A DNA stretch of 63,951 bases, filler included, from Chiloscyllium plagiosum (lineage: Eukaryota): assembly GCF_004010195.1 (NCBI RefSeq). It is 4 parts of one record of this genome, joined end to end, with 100 filler letters (N's around TTAATTAATTAA, not from the genome) between each part and the next. Parts side by side here need not be neighbours in the genome. Positions count along the whole stretch, not along the records: positions 1 to 25,670 come from NC_057710.1; 3 more parts are not named here. The stretch is one strand, 5' to 3'. Each line of letters begins with the position of its first letter. The stretch's first letter is position 1. The notes beneath the pieces were generated by a model, which had not been told where the DNA came from, did no database searches, and saw only the letters and a program-made list of their open reading frames with translations. Positions 12,291 to 23,929 of this stretch are shown piece after piece. A program made the translations under genes and the position numbers.

Positions 12291-14004
12291 AATAAATAGA
12301 CTTATGGATTCAAAGGCAGAAAACTGAACCTACACTAGGTAGTTGACTGGCAGAGCACACTTTCTTCCTGTATAGACCAGAAGGAAAAGGTCACATGATT
12401 TGTATTTTACAGGAAAGCTGCAGAGTATAAAATAGTCAAGTGTCCTGATATAGCTGACCAGATAAAACTATTCTGATTCGGTTGGAGTTGCTACCAGCAA
12501 GATTAATAGGAATAATAACAACATAGTAGCAAGGTAAGCAGTTTGAATTCCTGTACCACTTGGTTTTTCTTTGAAAAATGGAATTCTGGTGGATTAGCAA
12601 TAATATTGGGACTCTATCACCTCTGAGCTCATTTTGAGACAATACCAAGGCAGTGAAAACTGACCCAGAAATTTTCATAATCATCATTATGATCAGCAAA
12701 CTCAGGAATGATACCTTAAATGCTTTCACCTGAGACATTGGGGAAAATGGTGAAGAGCAATTATTGCCATATGGATGCCCATTGGACTTCACCAATTATT
12801 TTACGCACATTGTTAACCCTTAGTCCAGGCAAATAGCTTTCAAATTTACTGAGATTTGGAAAAAAATGTATTTCTTTCACTTCATTCTGTTTTGTGTTAT
12901 AGGTCGATTGAAAAATCAATAAAGTAAAAGATAGTAAAACACAATGCTATAACCATTTATTGTTCTAGCATTTCAAACGAAACATTTCTTTCAAAACTAG
13001 GGGAGTCATTTGTTCCAGTAAGCAATTGGGAAAGCTTTAAAGGAACTATGGATAACTACATGTTTTATGTCTTATTACATTGCCCAAAGATGACAGAGTT
13101 GCTATTGTCTTTACTAGAATCAGACCAAAGGTGCTGAAAATTCTGGAGCCAGAAAAGGAGCAGGTTGTATGAAGCTATTACTAGCAAGATGAAACAATTT
13201 CCATTATGACAATTACTCGAGCTTACAAATACCATGTTCATGAAATTCCTGGGGACAGAGAAGGCAAGTCACATATATCATTCATAGGATCCCGGAATAC
13301 GATGGATCCAAGCTCCATCAAGATTCCATCCAAGTTGGTCAGCCAAATTCTGATTGAAGGGAGCAGTAGACGGGTCTTCCAGCTACATCTCTGTGCTGAC
13401 CCCACCTGCAATTATTATTAGGATGGAACATTTGGCTTTGAGTAAAAGTGCATAGGTTTACACAATTGTACATATATGGACAGATTGGGTTCATGTGTAT
13501 ATATTAAGACCATAATTTTGATATATCACATTGCTGAACATTAGCTAAAGGAGATAGATATGGGATCCAAAGAAAGTCTATGCAGACAGATTTTTTTCTG
13601 TTAAAGCCTTTAGTGACATATTATATCAATTGATAGTGGTGCAGCTAAAAGAAATAAATACACAGGAATGGCAATCCCAAGAAATATTCAAATGCTCTTA
13701 AAATAGACTACATATTCTGCGAAGAATGTCAATGAATGACATTTGCTCAGAAGTGTGATGCATGTAACCATTTCTCAGCCCAGGAACCAGAGATCAGGAG
13801 TTGAAACATTAAAAAAAATCCAATGTTGGGAGTTGGCTTTGAATCAGAAGAAAATAATTTTCCCTTGCATGAAGTTGCTGGTTCTTTAGAAAACTAATAT
13901 ACTTGCTAATTTGCTAAATATTCATTAACAATAAACTGATCACTTCTCAGCTTGTCCTTGTCTTGTTATTGTTTTACTTGAAAATTAATATCGTGCAATG
14001 ACAT

Positions 14005-14135
14005 TGAGGCAGGACTAGTAATCCTGACACTCAGTTAATGTTCCAGGGACTCAGCTTTGATTTCCACCATGGAATTTCAATTTTAAAAATCTGAAAATTA
14101 GAAACCTAATGAGGACCATGAAACCATTGTTGTGA
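14005..14135 (+). mobile_element. tRNA-headed shark SINE (second family), 5' part, runs into a gap
   Basis: GGACTAGTAATCC...CCACCATGG.ATTT...AATCTG.AATT...GACCATGAAACCATTG matches copies at 26560 and 54735. Confidence 0.7.
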
Positions 14136-15121
14136 NNNNNNNNNNNNNNNNNNNNNNNNNNNNNNNNNNNNNNNNNNNNNNNNNNNNNNNNNNNNNNNNN
14201 NNNNNNNNNNNNNNNNNNNNNNNNNNNNNNNNNNNNNNNNNNNNNNNNNNNNNNNNNNNNNNNNNNNNNNNNNNNNNNNNNNNNNNNNNNNNNNNNNNNN
14301 NNNNNNNNNNNNNNNNNNNNNNNNNNNNNNNNNNNNNNNNNNNNNNNNNNNNNNNNNNNNNNNNNNNNNNNNNNNNNNNNNNNNNNNNNNNNNNNNNNNN
14401 NNNNNNNNNNNNNNNNNNNNNNNNNNNNNNNNNNNNNNNNNNNNNNNNNNNNNNNNNNNNNNNNNNNNNNNNNNNNNNNNNNNNNNNNNNNNNNNNNNNN
14501 NNNNNNNNNNNNNNNNNNNNNNNNNNNNNNNNNNNNNNNNNNNNNNNNNNNNNNNNNNNNNNNNNNNNNNNNNNNNNNNNNNNNNNNNNNNNNNNNNNNN
14601 NNNNNNNNNNNNNNNNNNNNNNNNNNNNNNNNNNNTAATACACATACAAACACACCTGGAAGCCAGCCCCTTAATGAAGATGCAATGAAGGTGCAGTGGT
14701 GACTCAGTGAATATGCAGGGAAGACAAAACAAGACATACAGTGGAAGACCATGTGTCAACCCTAGAACACCCAGTAGAAGATCCAACATGACCTGTGAGA
14801 GTCAACTTAACCCAAGTCAAAGAGGAAGGAGATTCCATCGGCCCAGCTCAAACATGTGGATAGTTGCAGGTAATGTCCTTTCTCAGATGAGTATAGCTGG
14901 ATAGAAAGTAAATACTGTGGGAATTTTGAAAATGCTCATATGGTATTTTAAATAACAAATATCTCATTAATTGAGTTGAACCACAAATTGAATTCTCTGT
15001 CTTTTTGTCTCTCTCACTAACCAGAGCCCTTGGGGTAAAGTATTTTTAACAAATAAACTGGTGAGAGTGTCTGAAGTACAGACAACAACTGAATTTCTTG
15101 CTGCTAATTCACTTGCCTGGT

Positions 15122-17505
15122 CATAGAGTCACAGGATCATAGAGTCATACAGCATGGAAACAGGCCTTTTGGTCCAACCCGTCCATATTGAACATAATCC
15201 CAAACTAAACTAGTCCCACCTGCCTGCTCCTGGCACATATCCCTCCAAACCTTTCCTATTTTTGTATGTATCCAAATGTCTTTTAAACATTATAATTGTC
15301 GTGCATCCCTCAGGAAGTTTATTCCACACATGAATCATCTTCTGTGTAAAACATTTGCCTCTTATGTCTTTTTAAAATCTCTCTCCTTTCATATTAAAAA
15401 TGTGCCCCCAGTCTTGAAATTCCCCATCCTAGGGAAAAGACAATGACCATTAACTCTATCTATACTGCTCATTATTCTATCAGGTCACCTCTCAGCCTCC
15501 TACGCTCCAGTGAGAAAAGTCCCAGTCTATCCAGCCTCTCCCTATAACTCAAACCTTCCTTACCTGGCATTGCTCTGGTAAATCTATTCTGAACCCTCTC
15601 CACCTTGATAATATTCTCCCTATAACTGGATGGCCAGAACCAGACACAGTATTCCAGTAGAGGTCTCACCAATGTCCTGTACAACTTCAACATAATGTCC
15701 AAGCTCCTATACACGAAGGACTGAGCAATGAAGGCAAGAGTGTCAAACATTTTTTTAACCACTCTGTCTATATGTGACTATATGTGCAAATGTTAATGAA
15801 TTATGTACCTACAAACCTCGGGCCCTCTGTTCTGCAACACTACCCAAGAACCTACCATTAATTGCATAAGCCCTACCCATGTTTGTTGTACCAAAATGCA
15901 ATATCGCACATTTATCTGCCATTTTTCAGCCCATTGACCCATATCCCTTTGTAATCTTAGGTAACCTCCTTTACTGTCTACTATGACAGCAATTTTGGTT
16001 TCATCCGCAAACTTACTAACCCTGCCTTCTATATGCTCATCCAAATCATTTACGAAAATGACAAACAAAAGAGGACCCAAAATCTATCCCTGTGGATCAT
16101 CGCTGGTCACAGCACTCCAGACTGAAGAGCAACCTTCCACCATTACGGTCTCCTGCCATTAAGCCAATTACATGTTCAATTGGCATGCTCACCCTGAATC
16201 CCATGTGACTTAACTTTACTAATTATTCTACAATGCGGAAACTTGTCAAAGGCTTTAATAAAATCCAAATAAACAACGCCTACTGCTCTGCCATCATCAG
16301 CCTTTTTGTTAACTTTCTCAAAAAACTCAATCAAGTTTGTGAGACATGATTTTCCTCTCACAAAGCCATGTTGACTATCCCTAGTCAATTTTTGCCTCTG
16401 TAAATATTCATAAATCCCATCTTTTATAATCACCTACAACAATTTGCTCACAACCCAAGTCAGACGCACAGGTCTATCGTTTCCTGGTTTCTCCTTACAA
16501 CTTAAGGAAAAGTACAACATTAGTCACTCTCAGCCACCTCACCCGTTGTTATAGATTATGCAAATATTTCTGCAAGGAGTCTCATAATTTCCACCCTTAC
16601 TTCCCACAGCATTCTGGAATACATTAGATCAGATCTGGGAGATTTATTCAACTTTATATTCTCTAAGATCTCCCGAACTTCCTCACCTGGAATGTGAACT
16701 GCTTTTAAAACATCAAAGTTTATTTCTAGGCATTCTTTAGACTCCATTTCTTTCTCTACAGTAAAAACTGATGCGGAATATTCATTTGGTATCTCTCCCA
16801 TCTCCTGGGGTTCAGCACAAAGACGTCTTCCCTGATGTTTAAGAGGTCCTACCCTCTCTCTAGTTTGTTTTTAATGTATTTATAGAATCTCTTTGGATTA
16901 TCCTTAAACTTATCTGCTAATGCTATCTCATATCCTCTCTTTGCCTTCCTGATTTCTCTCTTAAGAATGTCCCTACCCTCTCTTTATTGATTAAGAGATT
17001 CAATTGAATCAAGTTGTCTATGTCTAAAATTAGATTCGCTTTTATCCTTGACTAGAACCTCAATATCTTTACTCATCTATTGTTCCTTAATCTTACCAGC
17101 CTTGCCTTCTATCTAGCAGGAACACAATGCCTTTGAATTCTAGTCATAACACTCTTGAATGCCTCTGACTTCTCAGACATTCTATTACCTCAGAACAGTC
17201 TACTCCAATCTACCTTTGAAAGTTTTTGTCTCATACAATTAAAATTTGCCTTACTCCAATTAAAATTTTAACTTTCATGAAAGGCTTCTCCTTTTCCATA
17301 ACCAGTTTGAAATTAATAAAATAATGATTGCTAGACCCAAAGTGTTCCCTGACTTTTACTTCAGTCACCTGCCCTGTCTTATTCCCAAAGTAAGGTCAAG
17401 TTTTGCCTCTTCCCTCATAGGGGCATCCACATATTGATAAAGAAAAATTTCTTGAACCCATTTGACAAATTCTTCACCATCCAAACCTTCAACACTATGG
17501 TAATG
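15122..17505 (-). mobile_element. CR1/HER1-type LINE ORF2 3' portion
   Basis: SQHGFVRGKSCLTNLIEFFE, GPLLFVIFVNDLD...SKFADET, LYRTLVRPLLEYC; tail GGCCTGTTTCCATGCTGTATGACTCTATG resembles the HE1 3' end. Confidence 0.93.
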
Positions 17506-20311
17506 GTAGTTTCAATGCAGATGGCTTGGTTTACTCCATGTAGCCTTGCTTGAACCTGTACTCACTACAACCATTTCGGATACATTTCCTCTTTTAAAAA
17601 GTATTTTACCCCAACGAAACATCTTAGGCGCAACAATCAGATGAAGAAAGTTAAAATTCCGTTCCAATAACATATGGATTTAAAAATACCAGGATACTTT
17701 GTGACACTCTTTTACTAAAGAAAATATATAATTATTTCAAAAATTACCCCATGTCTTGTAATATTCCCTTTGACAAGTTGAAACATGTAAAGGATTTTTG
17801 CAGAGGCCTTGAGGGAACAAAGGAGCCCATATTGGTTCCATTCCTACCCAACCAGAGTAACATTTCAACTCAATTGCAACTATAGAACCTGACTGTTTGA
17901 AATATCTGACAGGTTAATTTGTTAAGTACGAACAAAAATTGGACTTTGATTTGACAGACCTTTATGATGCTGACCCGGAATGTCAAAACATTTTCTGCCT
18001 AATTGTTGTATTAGAAAAATGTCACATTTAATGCACATAAATACAGTTTCCTTTTTGACTGTAAATGTTTATAATCCTCTGTGCTTGACTGTCAACAGGA
18101 AATCAATCCTTTAGTTACACTGGGCCCCATCTGCACTAGCCTCAACTCACTTTGGAATGCCTACATGTCCTGAGATTGTGTTATTGTGTCATCAACTAAC
18201 ACATATAACCTGCCCCGCTCATGACACGTACCTCCCCATTCTTACCCTGCTTCACAGCAGAATCCCTTTCCCCACCTTTCACCCCATCTGGACCTAACCC
18301 TCCCTCCTGCTGGACTGGATCTGATCCCTTCCTTACCCCGGTGTACCTGACCCAACCCAAGCAGCTTGCTGTTGGGCAGTACTGGATCCTTAACACAGCC
18401 TCACCACTAGACCTGACCCAGCCACCTCTGCAGAATGCAGCCCCTGATCCACTGCTGGATCACAACCCCCTGACCTGAAGCCGACCTGCCCTCGCCACCC
18501 CACAATGGACCTGATTTCTCCCACTCACCCCAATCTACCCTGAAAACTGCATCACTTACCGAGGCAGCTCACCACCTTGCACCCTGGACCCCTACCCAAT
18601 TGGCACCCTATCCACTTCCCACTTGACATCCTACTTACCTGGCACATTACCCTGTACCCATCTGGCATCAAAATCTCTCAGCACCCTAACATTAATTTGC
18701 CCTATGTAGTTATGGTTCCACAGCAGCTGTCAAATTGGCTGTCAGGGTTTTTAAATGGCAGAGCACAGCAGTTGATGTCTGTGAAATGGGGAAATGGTTT
18801 ACCTTCCACCATTGGTTCTGTGCAGTGAGAGAACTGTCAGGATGGAATGCAGTTCGACATTGCTGAGGGAGCTCTGATCAGAATCTCCTCTCAGAAATGT
18901 GGAGCTCCCTTTCTTTCATAAACAAGAAAGTCCAGCTTTCATGAAATTGCCACTCCTCAGAAAACTTGGCCCATGATCTTCCATTCGGAATAGCCCAGAG
19001 AGATACGCTTCCACTTTGTTTTTTTTAAAATCATAAGACAATAATGCTTTTCATCCAGTTAAGTTTAAAGATTAACTGGAATATTTAATTGGTAAAAATA
19101 TCTCTAATAACTTTACTATCATTGACAGGCAAAGACTAAATCCTTAAAGGAAATACTACAGTTTTTAATTGATTAAACAACAAGTACCCTTTATAGAACA
19201 GTGAACTTTTGTCTAACCCTGAGTTAACCTCTTTTTTTTTGCTGGGAATAACTGCTGGAGGCCAAAATGGAGCCAAGTTTGGAACCTGAAACTCAGTGCA
19301 CCTGGAATCCAGGAGATCTCAATATTAACCTCACAGGTCTCAGCAAGTTCTTATGTATAGTAGCTTAATAATATATTACAGTCTCATTTCCTTACAGCCA
19401 ACACAGACAGCGTAGTGTGTACACCCAAGACTTATCTGTCCAAGTATCATGTTCATAAGAATATTAAGAAATATCAACTTTCATAAACAGAAGAAAAGCA
19501 AGGTATGTTTGAGTATGTATCTGTTGTTAGAGTTGGAGAAGTGGTGATTGTAAAGTAAAGGGTTAACCATAACTTTACTGCAATAAAGGTACTGATTGTA
19601 TGTATATTGAGCGCTGCCATGATGATTTCAGAACAAGATGGAAGCAGGGCCTGGGTCTGTAGAGCTCTCAGACAGTCTATTCATCATCCTCCCTTGTGTA
19701 CTGTATTATCACTTGAGTGCAGATCTGATCTTACCCCATGGCAACAATTGTTTGCAGATCCAGGACACTTAAATAGTAGTCAGTAATACAGCAAAGGGAT
19801 TGAGTGGAATGAGTCCAACCTGGAAGACTGGCAATACTTCACAGTATCCCACTGAGAGTTAATCTAACAACTATAAGCAGCTGATGAAAAGCTATCCAGG
19901 GAAAAGAAAATGTTTAAGTCCAATTTATTCCAATCCATTACTGAATGTTCAGAGGTTACTAATGTGAAATGTCAGCTGAATTCTGCAATTAAGTCTCATC
20001 ATTGCCCATAGAAGTACTCAGGTTTTCTTTTAATGCTGGAACACAAGACCGAACGACAAACTTCCATAGCTGTAGGATACCTTAGAAAAAAACTTAAAGC
20101 TGAGCATCATATTGAGTTTGAGCATATTAAACATGAGCATCTTGGAGAAGTCTAACTACCTGAAAGTGACTGTTAAACTACAAGCTCAGCTATTAGCACT
20201 ATCAAGCCTGAAGACTGAAAAGGAACAGGTGTGAACTGAAATAAGATGTTCTCAGCAGCAACTTGACAAGGTAAAAAGGAAACATAGACCTCCAATTCTT
20301 GCATTCCAACA

Positions 20312-21372
20312 TTAAATATGAGGTGTTGCATTTTTAGATTAGATTACATTACAGTGTGGAAACAGGCCCTTCGGCCCAACAAGTCCACACCGACCCACCG
20401 AAGCGAAACCCACCATACCCCTACATTTACCCATTACCTAACACTACGGGCAATTTAGCATGGCCAATTCACCTGACCCTGCACATCTTTTGGACTGTGT
20501 AGAGGAAACCGGAGCACCCGGAGGAAACCCACGCAGACACGGGGAGAACATGCAAACTCCACACAGTCAGTCGCCTGAGGCGGGAATTGAACCCGGGTCT
20601 CAGGCGCTGTGAGGCAGCAGTGCTAACCACTGTGCCACCGTGCCGCCCATTTTGGTAAGACAAACAACGGCAAGACTAAGACACTTAATGATAGTGCCCT
20701 GGCGAGTCTTGCCAAACAAAGTGACCAAGGGATGCAGGTGCATAGTTCCTTGAAAGTAGAGTTGCAGATAAACAGAGTGGTAATTAAGGTGTTTGGTACG
20801 CTTGTGTTTTTATTGGTTAGTGCATGTAGTATAGGGGTCAGGAGTTCATGTTGTGGCTGTACAGGACATTAGAGAGGTCACTTTTGGAATACTGCTTACA
20901 ATTCTGCTTTCCCTGTTATAGGAAGGATGTTGTTAAATGTGAGAGGGTTCAGAAAAGATTTCCAAGAACCTTGCTGCAATTGAAGGGTTTGAGCTATAGG
21001 GAGAGGCTAGGGCTATTTTCCCTGGAGCATCAGAGACTGCAATGCGACCTTATAGAAGTTTATAAGATCATGATGGGCATGGAGAGAGTGAATAGCCAAG
21101 GTCTTTTCCCCAGGTTAGTGGAGGCCCAAACTAATGGACATGGATTGCAGGTGAAATGGGAAAGATTTGGAAAGGACCAGAGGGGTAACTTTTTCATGCA
21201 GAGAGTGATATGTGTATGGACTGAGCTGCCAGAGGAGGTGGCAGAGGCTGATACAATTACAACATTCAAAAGACATCTGGATGTGTAAGAATAGGAAGGG
21301 TTTGGAGGGATATGGTCAAATGCGTTGAACCGAAGAGTCTATTTCCATTTTGCATGACTCTATGACTCTATG
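20312..21372 (+). mobile_element. CR1-type LINE 3' fragment carrying an HE1 insertion
   Basis: ORF 20848..21288 LYRTLERSLLEYC...ERVQKRF...GNFFMQRV; (TGACTCTA)n tail. Confidence 0.9.
20335..20647 (-). mobile_element. HE1-type V-SINE, full length, TSD CATTTT
   Basis: Head, V-domain and tail present; CATTTT at 20329-20334 and 20648-20653. Confidence 0.93.
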
Positions 21373-22369
21373 TGGGACCAAACTGACAGAAGTTCAAATG
21401 ACCATTAATGGAACAGAGTATGAATGAACTTGCTTCAAGAATGGGAAGGTTCTTATCATTCTACAGGAAAATGACTAAAAGAAAAACAGGAACTTGCAAC
21501 TGAAAAAGAAAAGACTACATGACATTTTCACAGCTTTTGTTCGGAGGCAATCATTGGTCTTAAGAAATTGCCTGAAGAAAGAGACGCTATAACAGTGGAA
21601 AATGGCAGTCTTTTACCATAATATTCAGAGCTTAAAGATCATTGTGAATTATGGTCAAAGAAAACATTTTGCTGCAATTACAAAGGATAATCTTAAATCT
21701 GAAAAAATTTCTTCAGAGAGAGAAGCGAGATCAAAGTTTGAGTTTTCAAAGGACTATCCTGGGAAGGAAGTCTTCTTTGATAAAAGAGATGAACTCGGAT
21801 GATTATGTTCTTTTGAAGACTGAATTAGAAAGCAGAACAAAGGAAAATGCAGAGTGCGCCCTCAACATTGAACTAGTCCAAACTCTCAGACGTTCAAGGA
21901 AACGACAAAGTTTGAACATCCTGTTATTGTCCAATCTTTCTTAAGTCTGCAGATCAGTGTTTCACTGAAGAGCTTCCAAGGGATCCTACACCTGATGTAG
22001 AAATCCTGGGAGGTCTACTTTTATCAGATCCTGATGAAGGATGTCCCATGGATCCAACTTCTTTGCATCTTCTACTGCCTTCTACTGATCATGGCGATGA
22101 AACTTCACGTTTCCCTCTCCTGGGAACTTTGACATTTAAAGCAGCAGCCTTCTGTTGAAGCACATGGCAGTCTACCTATCGCTAAGGTATGAGTAGGTCA
22201 AAACATAGAGAAAAAGATACTGTTGCTCACCACAGGCCAACCTCAAGCTGATCAAAGTGGAGAAGTTGAACCAATGCCTTTGCAGTAAGAATGTCACCAG
22301 CGGCTAGAACTCCAAACTATTGAAGCTTTTCCCTTGGAAGGAGATCGACATAGTGATATAGTTCAACTG

Positions 22370-23185
22370 AGGATGGGATCTGACTTGGAGGAAATATGCA
22401 TATGCAGATTTTCCAATGTATCTGTTGCCCTTCTACGCAGTAGAGGTCACAGACTTAAAAGTATGGTCAAAGGGACACTTCAGCTTGTAACACGCTGAGT
22501 TTCTATTGTGCATCTTGTAGATGGTAGATACTGTGGCTACTGAGGGTCAGTGGTAGAGAGAATGGATGTTTGTGAATGAGATGTCAATCAAATGGGCTAC
22601 TTCATCCGGGGTAGTGCCAAGCTTCTTGCTGGAGCTGCACCCATCCAGGCAAGTGGGAAGTCTTCCATCACACTCCTTTGTAGATGGTGGACAGAATTTG
22701 GAGAATCCAGAGTTGCATTACTTACCACAGAACTCCCAGCTTCCGACCTGCTTTAGCTGTTGCATTTATGTGGCAGGTCCACTGCAGTTTCTGGCCAATG
22801 GTAACTCTGAGGATGCTTATGGGGAGGAATTCAGAAATGATAATTCCATTGAATAGTTTGGGAAAATGATTAGATTTTTTTCTCTCTTGTTCAAGATGGT
22901 CATTGTCTGGTACATGTATGGTGAAAATATTACTTGCCAGTTGTTAGCCAAGCCTGGATGCTGTTGAGGCCTTTCTGCAAATGGACAAAGGCTGCTTAAG
23001 TATCTGACGGGTCATGAATGGTGCTGAACATTGAATAATTATCTGCCAATATTCCCACTTCTAACCTTATGATGGCGGAAAGGTCATTGATGAAGAAACT
23101 GAGCATTCTTGAGCCTATGGCATTACCCTGACAAACTGAAGGAATGATCACCTTGACTGAAATAATTTACATCCTCCAACCACAA
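22370..23185 (-). mobile_element. Old non-LTR retrotransposon RT/C-terminal remnant (clade uncertain)
   Basis: Decayed RT-like frames on the minus strand (FINDL, AVDLPHK, GVMEDFPLAWMGAA); similar style to 53755-54440. Confidence 0.6.
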
Positions 23186-23284
23186 CTGATTTTTCCACTG
23201 TTTTGTTCTCCACTGGGCAGAGCTTCATGCCCGGCGGTGGCTTCTGGAAGTAGAAGTCAGTGAGTGAGCACACGAATCAATGTT

Positions 23285-23920
23285 CAAGAAACTTGTGGTG
23301 ACCTGGTGCAATGAGAACAACCTCTCTCTCAATTTCAATAAACTAAGAAGTGATCATTTACTTCAGAAAGAAAGGAGGAGAACACACCAACATCTACATC
23401 ACGGAGTGGAGGTTGAGAGGGTGGAGAGCATCAAGTTCCTCAGAGTGATGATAACCGATAACCTGTTCTGGCCTTCCCACATAGATGCCATGGTCAAGAA
23501 GGCACAACAATGCCTCTTCTTCCTCAGGTAGCTCAAGAAATTTGGCAAGTCCATAAGAACCCTCATCAACTTCTCCTGATGCACCATTGAGAGCAAACTG
23601 TCCAGGTGCGTAACAGCCTGGTATGGCAACTGCTCTGCTCAGGGTCATAAGAAATTATAGAGGGTGGTGTGTACAGTCCAGACCATCACAGAAGCCAATC
23701 TCCCATCCATGGACACCATTTACTTGGCGTGTTGCCGCAGAAAGGCTGCCAACATCATCAAAGTCCCTCCGCATCCCAGTAATGTTCTCCTACAATCTCT
23801 TCTGTTGGGCAGAAGATACAGAAGCCTGAACACGCACACCAGCAGGTTCAGGAACAGCTTCTTCCCAGCTGTTATCAGACTGATGAATGGACTTTCTAGC
23901 CTCAAATAATGCTGATCTCA
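23285..23920 (+). mobile_element. Rex1/Babar-like LINE RT 3' end
   Basis: WCNENNLSLN...VERVESIKFL.V.ITDNL.W..HIDAMVKKAQQCLFFLR; GRRYRSLNTHTSRFRNSFFPAVIRLMN. Confidence 0.85.
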
Positions 23921-23929
23921 ATTAGCACT

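Larger units (their letters stand above)
19723..22335 (+). pseudogene. Decayed intronless coiled-coil coding sequence (pieces about 19738-20310 and 21375-22335), parent unidentified
   Basis: E/K/L/Q-rich blocks across stops and frameshifts: KLKAEHHIEFEHIKHEHLGEV, KLQAQLLALSSLKTEKEQV*TEIRCSQQQLDKVK, LKEKQELATEKEK, DDYVLLKTELESRTKENAECALNIEL. Confidence 0.5.

Noticed and set aside
13227..13405. Minus-strand exon candidate (TTGCAG...TTT|GTAAGC, 179 nt)
   Set aside because: Stops in all three frames and a poor polypyrimidine tract; could only be non-coding and has no support
14051..14789. Long ORFs of 168-233 aa
   Set aside because: They only read through a 500-N gap
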